From the NCBI RefSeq assembly GCF_009914755.1, contig NC_060935.1: DNA of 64,000 bases; one strand, written 5' to 3'. Under the pieces are notes generated by a model. That model was not told the DNA's origin. It saw only the letters and a program-made list of their open reading frames with translations, and made no database searches. The position numbers were made by a program, and so were the translations under genes. This DNA is from the human T2T-CHM13v2.0 reference genome, Homo sapiens. Below, in pieces: positions 1 through 12,849 of this stretch; position 1 is the stretch's first letter; every line of letters begins with the position of its first letter.

Positions 1-2061
1 CTGTTCATACTTCTTTGCCACTACAAACAAGCTTCAATAAACATCTTCATATACATATCTTTATATCCTGGAAATTTTTCTCAGTACAACTGATTTCCAA
101 AAGGAATATCTGCAAGTTACAGTTTATCTTATTCTAAGCAGGCAATGCCAAATTACCTTCCCAAAGGATTCCACAATTTTATTTTTATTAGCAATGTATG
201 GAAGAATTGTTTCCCCACATTCTCACGAGCACTGAATATTATCCCTCTTTTAATTTATCCCAAACTGGTGGGTGAAAAATGGCATCTTATTGTGGATTTA
301 ATTTGCATTTCCCTGACTAGCGATATTGAACATATTATATTTTCATGTTTCTCGGTCATTTGGTGTTTACTTTTGACCTGTTTATATTCTTTGACCACTT
401 TTACACTGGGGTTTTGTGTCATTCTTAAAATTTTGTAAGTGTTTTGGAAACTAGGGATACTAAAAAAAGGTGTATGCTACAAATTTGTTGCCCAATTTAT
501 AATTATTTTCTATTTTATTGATGGAGATTTTGACATTAAGAAATTTTTTATTTTCATGTAATCAAATATATTATCTTTTTCACTATGACTTCTGAGGTTT
601 TGGGTTTTTTTAGTTAATAATTAGGAAGATTTTTGCTACTCGAAGATCATACAACTGTTTTCTCATTTTGTCTTACAGTGAGTTAATTGTTACTTTTGAC
701 ATTGCAAACTTCATTCTATTTGGAATATATTTTTGAATAGCATGAATTAACATTCTTTTATATTAATCTTCCTTATGGCTGGCTAATTATGTTAGTACCA
801 TTTCTTAAATAAGTCATTCCCTACTGAAATATAAATGTCTATTTTGTCGTATAACATGTTATATATTTTTGTATCTGTTTCTGTATTTTTTCTAGTCTTT
901 TCTCATGCTATTTCATTGTTTCTGTGGTAAATTTTAATATCTAATAAAGCAAATCACCCTTCACCAATCTTTTTTTACTTTCCTATTTCTTATAAACTTA
1001 ATAGCTATATGAACATAACTAATTCTTCCAGTTCCCCACCAACTATCCCAAATAACTATTCGAGTTGTGATTGGTATTGGAGGACCATTTTTCGACAATT
1101 TTGGAAGAATTAATATTTTTGTGACACTAAATTTTTTCATCAAGAAATATGGTCTTTTTCTCACTTTTTTTCAGTTTGCATTCTATGCCATCTGGTAAAA
1201 TGTTAGTGTTTTCCTGTGATAAACTAAGTGATTTTTCCATTAAGTTTACCCTTAGGTATTTTATACTATTTGTTAAGATTATTAAATTATTTTCCTGTTA
1301 TATTTCTGAGCATTATTATTTTGTTATTGCTTTGTGTTTGTAGTCTTGATTTCCAAATATGTCCCACTGTTGTTTAAAATCCTGTTTGTGTGGGGCATTA
1401 TTTGTTTTGTTTTTTTGTCGAAGTCTCTTGGATTTTCTAAATGTGTAATACTGTAATCTACAAACAAAGTAATTTGCTGCTGCTTTGCCAGTATTTGTAT
1501 GGGTTTTTAGTTTCTTGCATTATTGCATAATATGCAACCTAAGGAAACAATTCCAACTAATAATAATAATAGTTCTATACTTGTCTCATCCCTGATTTTA
1601 AATAGCTATAAAAGCTTACATTTGGAATTACATTTGATTCTGTATTTGCAGGTTTAGAGCATTTTCCTGTTGCTCCTACTTTCATAGAACTTATATTTAG
1701 AATGGAGGGTAAATTTTATGTTATTTAATTTTTGTCTTTTCTATTTGGCAATTTATACACTCATGTAATTTTTTTCTCCTCTAATTTATTACACTAAAAG
1801 ACCTTCCAATCAAAGCCATTCTGGCCTTTCTAAAACCAACTGTTCATATTCACATTTTTTGTATATGCTACTGAATATTTTATTCATAATTTTTGTATCT
1901 GCATGCATAAGGGAATGTTGTCATAACTCTCTTTTTGTTATTTCCTTACTAGATTTGGCATTAGGATCTTTTCATCTGTTACCAAAGTCTACTATTAAAA
2001 TCATGTGTTTGTTTTTGGCTTATGTAGAATTTAAATGTAAAATAATCTGATTTTGGCTACA

Positions 2062-2670
2062 TTTTATTTTTTAATTTCAACATTCTTTTTAAATACGGGG
2101 GTACATGTGCAGATTTGTTACATGGGAAGATTGCATGATGCTGATTCTTGGAGTATGGACAGATTCCATCATCCTGGTAGTGAGCATAGTACCCAATAGG
2201 TAGTTTTCTAACCCAGCCCCTTTTACTCCACCCTCTGGTAGTCCACACTGTCTATTGTTCCTACATTTATGCCCATGTGTGGTCAATGCTTAGCTCCCAG
2301 TTATGAGTGAGAGCATGTGATATTTGATTTTCTGTTACAGCAGTAATTTGCTTAGGATTATTGCACTGTGGAAAGTAGTCTGGAAATTTCTTACAGAAAT
2401 TAAAACAGAGTTGCCATCCGATCCAGCAATGTCTTTACTAGGTAAATACCCAAAAGAAAATGAATCATTCTACCAACATGACACATGCACTTGTATGTTC
2501 ATTGCTACACAGTTCACAATAGCAAAGACAGGGAATCAACCCAGGTGATCATCAAAGGTAGACTGGATAAAAAAAACTTGATACATATATTTTTATGGAA
2601 TACTACACAGCAATAGAAAATAATAAAATCATGTCCTTTGTAGCAACATGGCTGAAGCTGGAGGCCATAA
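2062..2670. mobile_element. Old L1 3' fragment with 5' inversion (L1PA15-16/L1PB-like)
   Basis: A minus-strand L1 3' end with poly-T (2062 to about 2360) abuts a plus-strand ORF2 C-terminal piece (LWKVVWKFL...DTCTCMFIA). Degenerate TSD ttggctacatttt / ttgtctactttt. Confidence 0.75.
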
Positions 2671-3702
2671 CTCTTGTCTACTTTTTAAAAGGTAGATGTT
2701 TAATTTCATTTCTGATATTTTCTATTAGTTTGTTCAGGATTTCTATTTTTTTGCAAGTCAATATTGATAGTTTATTCTTGAGGGATAACATCCATTTCTT
2801 TTATCAGTAAATATCTTGCCTTGGAGTAGTATGTAGTCTTCTATTAGAAGTCTTTTGTTCTTTTCTCTGTTTCTTCTGTTTCTGTTCTCATAGCTTACAG
2901 TCTGTTTTTTTTTTTTTTTTGCTTTTTTCTCTTTCTCTTGTATTTCTTTTAATAAATGCCTTACCAGAAGTTTATCTCTCTCTTTCTTCTTCTCTCTCTG
3001 TTTTTGCCATTTAAAAATGAACTTTTGGCTTTATATATCCTTTGCACTATGTCTTGTTCTCCATTTCATTATTTATAGCTTTCATTTTTACAAATTGTTC
3101 CATTTGTTATTTTCTAGTTTACTTTGATATTCTTTTATATATTTCCTTGACTATTTACTTGGCTATTTTTGGTCATTCTTTTAAAATCAGGTCTTTTAAA
3201 ACATCTACTCTTCTAAATTCACTGACGTTTTGGGTTTGACCATATTCAGGAACTTGCATTTATAAAAGCACCCTGAAATTCTTGAAGGTTTCTTTAAATT
3301 AATTACACTATTTTCTCTTTAACTCTTTAGCAATACAATTTCCAACATAATATTAATACATTCACTGCTAAAACGCTCACACTTATTGTTTATATTTTCC
3401 CAGAGAAACATCCTCATCTTCCAATGAAGTTTCTGTCATGCCAGAATGGGATCACGAGTCTCTTTCTTTCAAACCCAAGAGTCTAACACCACATAAATTA
3501 CCCAGAGAGCTACCAAAAAATTCAGTTACATCATTCTATTTTGTGGGCTTCTGGGTGTAAAGCCAGTGTCACTTTTCAAATAGGCTGATATCCTGTAGGC
3601 TTCAGAAAAGGCAAGGTCTCGTTAGTGTTTATATTCACTAAAGTATCTTGCTCAAGCCCTGGACACCGTAGATTCTAGGACACTATTGACTCTAGGTGTC
3701 TG

Positions 3703-4205
3703 GTGAAACAGTAGGCACTAAAAATTAGAGAAATCACAGTTAAATTTATTTTGAGCCAAGTTTAAGGACTTAACTCTTAACAACACAAACTCAGTACAAC
3801 CCAGAATGTGTCCCACAGTAGGTTACCTGGGGCACAGTATATATAACAGGAGTATCCGTTTGGCACAGGTGGTAAGAGAAGCAGGGAGAGAAGCAATTGT
3901 TGCATTTTTTTATTCTGCTGGGTGCTTGGTGATGCTATATATAAAATAGGGTATGTGTGCAGTTGAGTGGGTAGGGAGAAAGGTGAGGCATCTTAAGGCC
4001 TGGTGGAGGGTGACTGATTTCATCCTGTCTTAGTTCTGCATGTGATAAGGAGGTTTATAACCAATACTTGTCAGTGTTAAATATTTAACAAACTCCAGTT
4101 ACACAGGTAAGAGGTCAGCGGTAGCTTATAGGCCTAGGTTTTATTATCGATGTGCCCAACTGCAGCCATCATGGGCCACTGTTAAAATTTTCTTTTGAAC
4201 TTTCA
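3703..4205 (-). mobile_element. Probable ERV1-class LTR remnant (family uncertain); paralog at about 41403-41900
   Basis: Contains aaatttattttgagccaagtttaaggact and cagccatcatgggcc, which resemble reverse-oriented MER4-group LTRs. Pattern recall only. Confidence 0.45.
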
Positions 4206-4283
4206 TTTTTCTGATAATTGCAACCAGTGAGAGGTGAAGAAAAAGTTCAAGGGAATGACCTGATCTTATATCATCCAATACAG

Positions 4284-4410
4284 GAGATGACTGATGACAT
4301 GGATTCATACACAAACGTATATCGTATGTTCTCCAAAGAGCCTCAAAAATCAGAAGAAGTTTTGAAAAATTGTGAGATCGTAAACTGGAAACAGAGACTC
4401 CAAATCCAAG
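4284..4410 (+). CDS. GLYATL1: GLYATL1 internal coding exon (127 nt)
   Basis: Acceptor atacag at 4283 and donor AAG|gtaacg at 4411. Translates EMTDDMDSYTNVYRMFSKEPQKSEEVLKNCEIVNWKQRLQIQ(G), matching GLYATL1 as recalled. Upstream exons lie left of the window. Confidence 0.95.
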
Positions 4411-4439
4411 GTAACGAGTCTGAAGAAATGGGCAAGCAG

Positions 4440-4603
4440 CTGTGCTTCTCAAATTGTGTCTTCAACTAACAGCATTAGCATCACCTGAGGGCTCATTAGA
4501 AATGTAAATTCACAGAAACTCTGGGGACTGGGAGAGGTGGAGCAATCTGTGGTGTGACAAGGACTCCATCTGACTGTGGTGTAAACTCAAGTTTGAGAAC
4601 TAC
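4440..4603. mobile_element. MER5-like hAT DNA transposon remnant (paralog about 42133-42297)
   Basis: Imperfect terminal inverted repeats cttctcaaa / tttgagaac and internal agcatcacctgag...ttagaaatgtaaattc. Confidence 0.65.
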
Positions 4604-4689
4604 TAAGCACTGAGGTATTAATCAGGTGGGAGCAGTGTAAGTAGAGAACTCCATGTCTGACAAGATTGCTTTCTTGGCTTTCTTCCCAG

Positions 4690-4867
4690 GTCTTCAAGAA
4701 AGTTTAGGTGAGGGGATAAGAGTGGCTACATTTTCAAAGTCAGTGAAAGTAGAGCATTCGAGAGCACTCCTCTTGGTTACGGAAGATATTCTGAAGCTCA
4801 ATGCCTCCAGTAAAAGCAAGCTTGGAAGCTGGGCTGAGACAGGCCACCCAGATGATGAATTTGAAAG
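4690..4867 (+). CDS. GLYATL1: GLYATL1 penultimate coding exon (178 nt)
   Basis: Acceptor ttcttcccag and donor AAG|gtacaa. The phase-1 join gives GLQESLGEGIRVATFSKSVKVEHSRALLL...GHPDDEFE(S), in frame with both flanking exons. Confidence 0.95.
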
Positions 4868-5123
4868 GTACAAAAACATGTGCTGATCATTTATAATTGC
4901 GATTCCTTGTACATTTTTGTAATTCACATAAATCAGTTTTGGAATGAAGAGAGGATGAATTCATTCCTTGGGATGAATAAAGGTTGTCAAAGTTCAAGAT
5001 CCAAAACTTTGCAATGGTGAGTCTTTAAACAAGAAGAGTTCCTGGGATCTCTAGATTGGGATGGCACCTAGAAATTACAGGATTGGGGATGAAAGTTGTT
5101 GTCTTTCTTTTTGTTGTCTACAG

Positions 5124-5541
5124 TGAAACTCCCAACTTTAAGTATGCCCAGCTGGATGTCTCTTATTCTGGGCTGGTAAATGACAACTGGAAGCGAGGGA
5201 AGAATGAGAGGAGCCTGCATTACATCAAGCGCTGCATAGAAGACCTGCCAGCAGCCTGTATGCTCGGCCCAGAGGGAGTCCCGGTCTCATGGGTAACCAT
5301 GGACCCTTCTTGTGAAGTAGGAATGGCCTACAGCATGGAAAAATACCGAAGGACAGGCAACATGGCACGAGTGATGGTGCGATACATGAAATATCTGCGT
5401 CAGAAGAATATTCCATTTTACATCTCTGTGTTGGAAGAAAATGAAGACTCCCGCAGATTTGTGGGGCAGTTTGGTTTCTTTGAGGCCTCCTGTGAGTGGC
5501 ACCAATGGACTTGCTACCCACAGAATCTAGTTCCATTTTAG
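5124..5541 (+). CDS. GLYATL1: GLYATL1 last coding exon (C-terminal acyltransferase domain) to TAG
   Basis: Acceptor ttgtctacag. Translates ETPNFKYAQLDVSYSGLVNDNWKRGKNERSLHYIKRCIEDLPAACMLGPEGVPVSWVTMD...WHQWTCYPQNLVPF* with no disablements. Confidence 0.96.
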
Positions 5542-6580
5542 ACAATGAAGCTGCTTAGTAATCTCTGCCAAGCCATCTCTTAATATTAAAGCAGACACCA
5601 CAGAATAGATTTCTTCACTTACAAATGCATATTGGGCACTTATAATACAGCAGGAACTCTTCTCACCTGGAGCCTTGATGTTAAAAGACACAGCCATGCT
5701 CTTGAGGAGCTTACAATCCTGGCTGGAGGCAGGGGAGGGTATATTCTTTAAATATGCTTAAGTGTTATAGGGAAAGACGGGGTTACCAGTAAACATGTAA
5801 CTAGAAAGCCAGGCTCAGTTCTTACCTCTGGGAATCAGAACTCTTTATGCAACTTGGTTAATAGAATCTACTATCTGGAAGATAAATGAAGGATTTTAAT
5901 AAAATTTTCAATAGAATAAACCTAATCTGTATGGATACTTTATCAAAAATGAATGTCCCTGCTATTTCTGGATTTATGAGGCAATGGTACACTAAAGAAT
6001 GGAATCAGTTCAGTGAGTAGAAAGGTATCCAAGGTGAAGCCTGAGACGAATGGCTTTCCCAGGCTACCTTCCATCACTGTTGTACAGAAAAGAAATCCAG
6101 AGAATCAAATGGACTGGCCTTGGGGGTCTCTGCTATGGAAATGCCATTTTTTGTGTCTCCTTTCTCCTACTCTTTCTCACATCCTCTTCATGATTGAAGC
6201 ATGGCACAAGGCAAGGTGTTGCCTGCGAGTCTGGTTGTAAGTTCAGCCTTTGGTGTTTGCACTACTGCTATCATAAGGGGTCAGGGACATTCCGGGGAGA
6301 AGTGACCACTAAGGTGAGGATTAGAGAGTGAGTAGAAGTGAGCCAGACAAAAAAAGCAGAAAATGCAGATGATGGAAAGGACATGTGCCATGCACTATCA
6401 TAAGAACTTCCTAACTGAACACTGATACTACAATTCTGAATCCCTGATCTTAAAAAATAATTATACTTCACCAACAAAACTTGGCCTCTTTTGGTTCCAC
6501 TCTGCCACCCTGCCATTGGAACTTGGATTACTGTGAACATTGCAGCTATAGCAAAATAAAAAATAAAAAAAATAAATAAT
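5542..6580 (+). terminator. GLYATL1: GLYATL1 3'UTR with candidate poly(A) signals
   Basis: AATAAA at 5898-5903 and 5915-5920, plus an AATAAA cluster in the A-rich tract at about 6554-6580. The site actually used cannot be determined from sequence. Confidence 0.6.
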
Positions 6581-7449
6581 TGGCATTTTCATTCTTTCTG
6601 ATAGTCTAGATTTGAAGCAGAAAAGATACTTTAATAGAATTGGCTTTGGAAGTAAAGTCTGCCAGTATTAAGAAACACCTATTTTCATCTCTCCATAAAA
6701 AACAAAACTTCCACAAAATTGAATGTTTATATTTGATGCGATTTTAAAGTGTGCAATTCCAGCAATTAAAGAATTGTGTAGGTCATGGAGCATTTTTAAA
6801 AAACTTCATCTTAGAAGGCTGTGGTAGATCTGTTACCGCTTAGTATGAATCAATCCAATCAGATTTCTAAACTCCTAAGACCTGGCTGATTTGTTACATT
6901 GACTGAAATGAAAGCATGGTCTGAGAAAGAGAGGAAACATGTCATTTGGGATTTCAAAGGTTGGAACATTCTTACATAAAAAATAAACTCGGGAACTTGG
7001 GGTAATATGAAAACAGCTATATTTTTCACTCAAGATGCAAAAGCTAATAAAGATGATGAAAGAAGACAAAGCAAATAAAATTTGCCTATTTCAAAATGGT
7101 GCCTCGGGCAGGTCCTGTATCCAGAAGAGGATGCTCATCCAGGGTCTGTAAGCTCAGGTCATCTTAGCTCAGCCCAGCTGGCAGCTTCCCTCCTCTGCCC
7201 CTTCCCTGAATGCAAGCCAGCTTCCCTTATCTAGCCCTTCATGGTCCTGTTACGATAGTGATTCCCAAACCTTATCATCCACTTGGATTAAAAAAACACA
7301 AGAAAGCATGGGAAAGAGGAAGGAGGATTTCTTAAATATGGCAAAAATAAGTCCAAAATTATCAGTAAACACAATACAGATGAATGGGGTAATTTTTTTA
7401 TTAAAACATATGTTTTTCATATTGAGTTAAAAACAAAGTCCAAGAAGCA

Positions 7450-7808
7450 TGCATTAATCTGCTCTGGCTGCCATAACAAAGTTTCATACACTGAGTAGCT
7501 TACACAACAGAAATTGATTTCTCACTCGTTTGGAAACCGGGAAGGGATATGACAAGGTTCTGGCGAGGTAGGTTTCATTCTCAGTCCTCCTCTCTCAGCT
7601 TGTTGATGGCTGCTCTCTCTCTGTGCCCTCACATGGTGTAGAGGAGGGCTCAGACTCTCTTCCTTTTCTTAGAAGGACTTAGTGTCATCATGGGGGCTCC
7701 ACCCTCATGACGTCATCTAAACTCAATTACGTCTGAAAGGCCCACCTCCAAATACATTTGGAGTTGGGACTTCAACATATGAATTTGGGGATCACAGTCA
7801 GTACATAA
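7450..7808 (-). mobile_element. MaLR LTR (MLT1A-like)
   Basis: gctgccataacaaa...aacaacagaaattgatttctcac...ttcaacatatgaatttgggg, typical of MLT1/MST LTRs. Confidence 0.7.
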
Positions 7809-8323
7809 GAAAGCACATCTGAAATAAAAACACAAAGGCTAAAAGAAAGGAAAAAGATATACTAAATGATTTTGAAACTGAAAAAGCAAAGTAATAACAT
7901 CAATACTAAGCAAAACAGAACTTAAGACGAAAATCTGCTAAATACAGAATTCTCCCACAAGATAAGTCATGAATCTTCCTCACAACACAACTACAAAATA
8001 CATATGGCAAAAGCTGACATACAAAAAGAAATAGGCAAATCCACAGTCTCAGTAGGAGAACTCAAAATACTTCCCTCAGAAAGCAACAGATGATGCCGAT
8101 AACAAAGACAACTTGACAAAATGCCATCACAAGTTGATATTTCTGGTGATGTTGGGGTTATCTGCTTACTGTGTATTTGAGAACTTCTGTTCATCTGTTT
8201 GTCAAACTGACCAGCAGGGGGTGCTGGGGAGGGAAACACTCCACAGGGAGGGTGGGGAAAGTTCTCTAAGTCTAGAGGCTCCTGGTCCCCCCATGATCAT
8301 CATCTATCAGGGGCAAGCACTGC

Positions 8324-9261
8324 TGATACAGGAGCTAAAAAAATCAATTATTTAGGCAGTTAGTGTGGGTAAGGGAGTCGTTGGTAAGGTTTTCCTTTTA
8401 ATAAAAAAGCAGCCCCCATCTAATTTTGTTTTCTAACAACAATCAGCCTGAAAAATCAGCTGCAAGCATAGATAAGCAAGCTAAAACTTGCAAAGGGGAA
8501 TGCCGGCACCTATGCCAATAGAAAAGGGATACTTGGAAGCCAGGCATACTCGCATGTTCAACATGGAGGTGTCCTCTTCTTTTTTTTTTTTTTTTTTTTT
8601 TTGACGGAGTCTCGCTCTGTTGCCCATGCTGGAGTGGAGTGGGGCGATGTCGGCTCACTGCACCCTCTGCCTCCCGGGTTCAAGCAGCTCTCTACCTCAG
8701 CCTCCTGAGTGGCTGGGATTTCAGGAGCCCACCAACAGGCCCGGCTAAATTTTTTTTTTTTTGTATTTTTTTTAGTGGAGACGAGGTTTCACCATCTTGG
8801 CCAAGCTGGTCTTGAACTCCTGACCTCGTGATCCACCCTCCTCGCCCTCAGAAAGTGCGGTGATTACAGGCGTGAGCTACGGCGCCCTGCCTCTTCTTCC
8901 CTTTTCTTTGTCTTCAAGTGTTCAGGCAACATGGCGCTGGCCAGATAGAGACCCCATCTGCATAATAAAAGATTAGGATGGGATGGCCAGCCTCTTCGTG
9001 CATTCACACCTGGTCCAACCAACCCTCTGAGCCCTGTGTAAATCAGACACTGGCTCCTCAAGCTCATCTATAAAACCAGCCGCAACTTGCCCCAAACCCA
9101 GAAACCCGCTCAGGCACCCTTCCAATGCACAGGGAACTCTCTCTTCTTTCTTTTGCCTATTAACCTTCCACTCTTAAATCCACTCCTTCTGTGTCTACAT
9201 CTTCAATTTCCTTATTGTGAGACAAAAAGCCTCTGGCATTTACCCAAATGATTCTGCTTCA
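8324..9261 (+). mobile_element. ERV1-class solo LTR (LTR9/MER61-like, family uncertain) with nested Alu
   Basis: TG...CA termini and a 4-bp TSD CTGC (8320-8323, 9262-9265). TATA-like tataaaa at about 9069. Confidence 0.8.
8581..8888 (-). mobile_element. AluS nested in the LTR
   Basis: Poly-T head, dimeric Alu body, TSD ctcttct on both sides. Confidence 0.92.
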
Positions 9262-10276
9262 CTGCCATCTCTAGCCCAAGTGCCAAAAATGACCACTTTA
9301 GCCTGATGAATGCCACGGCTGCTACCATGCTGCTTAGGACAAGCAAGGATACAAAGATGGACTGGGGAATGGTTTATCAGAGAGGCCGCAATGAAAGCAT
9401 ATCCCATGCAACTTTCCACTTCTTAACTTCTGTCATTTTCAAACTTAAAGGTTTTTTTTTTTATTTTTATGTTTTGTTGTTGTTGTTTTGTTTTTAACAG
9501 TTTCTATTTCTGGCCCAAAGACTTCTCTTTGTTTTCCTCCTATGACATATTTATTGTTTGTTCTAAAGTCCTTTCCAACATTTCCTATAGTAATTTAGAA
9601 GACATGTGTTTGGTTCACATCTTGATCTCCTCTCCACCTAGAATTCTTTTTACTTTCTCCCAGGAAGATTCCACCCCTCCTATTCTGCCAGTTCCCTCTA
9701 CCTCAAACAGTTGCCCTTTCAGGCAGATAAGCCTGGGCCAGTTCTACTTTACTATGGACACCAACTCTTCTGAAATAACATCTGAGTCTTGGGATTTGCA
9801 TATGAATCTTCCCTTGACACAGAAAACAGTCTTTCCTTTTACCTTCACTAAAGGCATACACTTGGGAGAATGGACAGCACTAAAATTCCACAGGTTTCAA
9901 AACCAAACGTGCTGTGCCATTCTAGAGTTCTTGGAATGAAGACGACAAAGTAGGTTAGAAGGGATGATTTCCTCCTTCCTTTGTCACCATGAAGGAGCTC
10001 CTGTTTTTAAAGGGAAAAATTAACGACAGTCCAAAAGAAACTCTTGCAAATCAAGCCTTGCCATGCCACCACGAGAAGGGTAATCTGTGTGCCTAGGGGT
10101 GAAATTTTTAAATTTTTGTAACGGTGTCCAGGGTCACCCTGTGGATAACAAAAATATTTAAAAACCTACACCGGTGCCAACCTTTCAGAACTGTGTGTCT
10201 TTGCAAGGACTTACCAAGGCCTAGAGATGATAGCAGTCTACAGGCAAACTCCAAAGCCTCCCACCTGCCCCAACCA

Positions 10277-10300
10277 ACACACACACACACACACACACAC
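10277..10300. repeat. (CA)n microsatellite
   Basis: Read directly from sequence. Confidence 0.9.
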
Positions 10301-12849
10301 AAACACCACCCTGCTATTCTTTGGCCCTAGATCTCACTTAAATTTATTCTAAATCTTAATCTCCCTGTGCCTTCAAACTCATGTGTTGTACAGCCTTGGT
10401 AATTGCTTTTTAAGGATATTCCCTGACTTTATAAAAACTATTTATGAGACATATATCTAAGGTAAAACTTTTCATTTCAGCCCAGATCAGCACTCTTTTT
10501 ATTAGAATTACAAATCCTGAATTTCTTAGTTGCTAGAAAAATATATTGAAAAGGAATTATGCTTGTATAGCAACGGATTATCTCTGGAAAAGTACTGGGT
10601 GTCTAGAGGATGAGTGAAAATTGTTTCCCCTATATATATTTTTTTATTTCGAAAAGTATATCCTGTGTATATTCAAAAGATAACATTTTATAAACAGGGA
10701 AATTGCCTCCACTGTGGACTCTTATTAATTCACTTATCCACCAAGTTCTCTTATTAACTGACTTATCCATCATATTCCCTTATTAACTTTTTATTCAACC
10801 ACTAGTATATGCTTCTATTGCTCATAATTGAGCACAAATTTCTTTACTATTATATAAAATAAAGTGCCAGCTATTCCACTTTTTCTCCCATACCTCAATG
10901 AGATGACATCTTCCAATAGATTCATTTCCCTGTTTTGCTCCCTCCTCCCATCCAGATGAGTGTGCTAAGTGATACAAAATGCTTTTATTTCTTTACCCCT
11001 CATCCCCCTGAGCCCAATCCCTGGATGTTTTATTTCCAGGTGTCATAGAATTTTCCTTGTGGTGTGTCGCTTCTATTTAAAGAATTCTTCTTTAAAACTT
11101 TTATACACATTCCTGTAGAGTCTATCATTGTCCATTCAGAGTTAACTGTCTACATAAAATTTGTCAGATTTTTTTTGGCTCACCACTGTTTCTTCTCCTT
11201 TTTATCTGCTCCTATTTGAGATCTCTGTTCCCATTTGATTTGTTAAAATTCTTTCTCCAATATTTTCTGTGTGTAATTATGCTACTTATATGATAGCTGA
11301 AGACTCTCAAATTCACAAATACCTTTCTTTGATCCTCACAAGAATATAACTTCTGAAGTCTTATATATCCACAAATATTTTTCTTTTACCCTCAGGGGAT
11401 TGATGCCCTATGACCCCACATTTTAGGCTTAACAAATTTAATTTTTTTCTCTTAATACATAAGGAAACTGAGGTGCAAAGAAAGAAGGGAAACTTGAACC
11501 TTCATTCAAGGTCACAAAGCTAGTAAGAAGTGGATGACTAGCGATGAGGGTTTCAGGTTGAGATTAACAACAAATGTCACAGAAGACAATAGTGTTTAAC
11601 CCAACTTCAAGTTCATAAAATGAATGGACGTTTCCTGATCCCTCAACTTCCTCCCCCACCTCAGGGGATTTCAGGATGTACCAGGCAAAGCTGTCTCCCT
11701 CGATCCCCAACTGTTTCTCAGTCAGTGAGGGGTGTTAAGAACTCTTCACTGCCCCTCTTGAAGCTTACATTCTGGAGCAGGGAGAGAGAAACTGAAAAAA
11801 AATTTGAAAAAAAAAACCCAGTAAACATATTTCCTACATACTGAGATGTAGTATATGAAAAAACAACACAGGATTCAGGAAGAGAAGATGATGGAGGGAG
11901 AAAGAACAACAAATAAATAGGAAAAGAGCCTCCAGATAGGAGAAGATAAAAGGGAGAGGAAACAGGAAGGGGTCAGAACAGGCCTCCCTAAAAGCCTGGC
12001 ATTTGACAGAGTGCTGCAGAATGAAGAGAGCCAAGCACATACCAGGGGGGTAGGGTTGCAGTCTGAGGAAGCACTCCAGGAAGCACCCAAGATGGTCCAC
12101 TAGGGTGAACAAAGAACATACTTGAACCACCAGTTAGATTCACCTTCATCTAAAAAATAAGAAATTAAATGTGCCTGATATTTATTTAATATGTTAATTT
12201 CAAAACTATATATATATATATAGTTGATGCTCAAATCGTTAAAAATTAGGTATGTAAAATTAAAGCTCATAGATTACTCTTGCCTATGGCAAGGAGCTCC
12301 TGATAGGCAAGGATACATCTCACCCATCTCTGTATCTTCAGAATCCATCATATTATGTGGAACATAATAAGTATCAGTAGTATGTTGGGGGGAAAGATCG
12401 AAACCATGCTGAGCACCGGAATTCTGTGTAAATCTTTCAAAAAAAAATCTCTTCTACTTTATAGCAGAGTCCCTTTTCTTTTTTATTTTTAGTAGCAACT
12501 AGCCCCACACCTTGCAGATGAGCTCCTAAGAAATGAATGGGTGAATGAATGCGTGGACAGCGAGATGGATCAGTGAGTGAGGAACAGCGATTCGCAGGAC
12601 CTGCATGCATTGAAATCCTGACAAAGCAGCCTCTGCAAGATAAAAGACCTTAGGCTTTGCCGTTTGACAGAAGTTAAAATTATTCAAGGGCTGTCCTTGG
12701 GCAATTTACTTGAAGTTTCATAATCTGTGAAACAGAAAATGAATTAAATAAAAAGATAATTGAGACAAACCTATAAAAAGTGCCAAAGCAGGATGCCTGG
12801 CATTAAGGGACGCTTCACACCTGTTATCTCTCACCCTATTCTCTCTTCA

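Larger units (their letters stand above)
1..6533 (+). repeat. Segmental duplication copy A (paralogous to about 31606-44230)
   Basis: Colinear similarity by eye across intron, exons and UTR: 145-330 vs 31750-31935, 2050-2670 vs 39790-40410, 6100-6533 vs 43800-44230. Both copies end in gccattggaact. Confidence 0.92.

Noticed and set aside
5056-5123. N-terminal part of the 161-aa ORF as a stand-alone gene
   Set aside because: Intronic read-through upstream of the acceptor at 5123/5124.
9306-9939. 63-aa and 156-aa ORFs
   Set aside because: Low-complexity start, no recognisable family and no clear exon structure.
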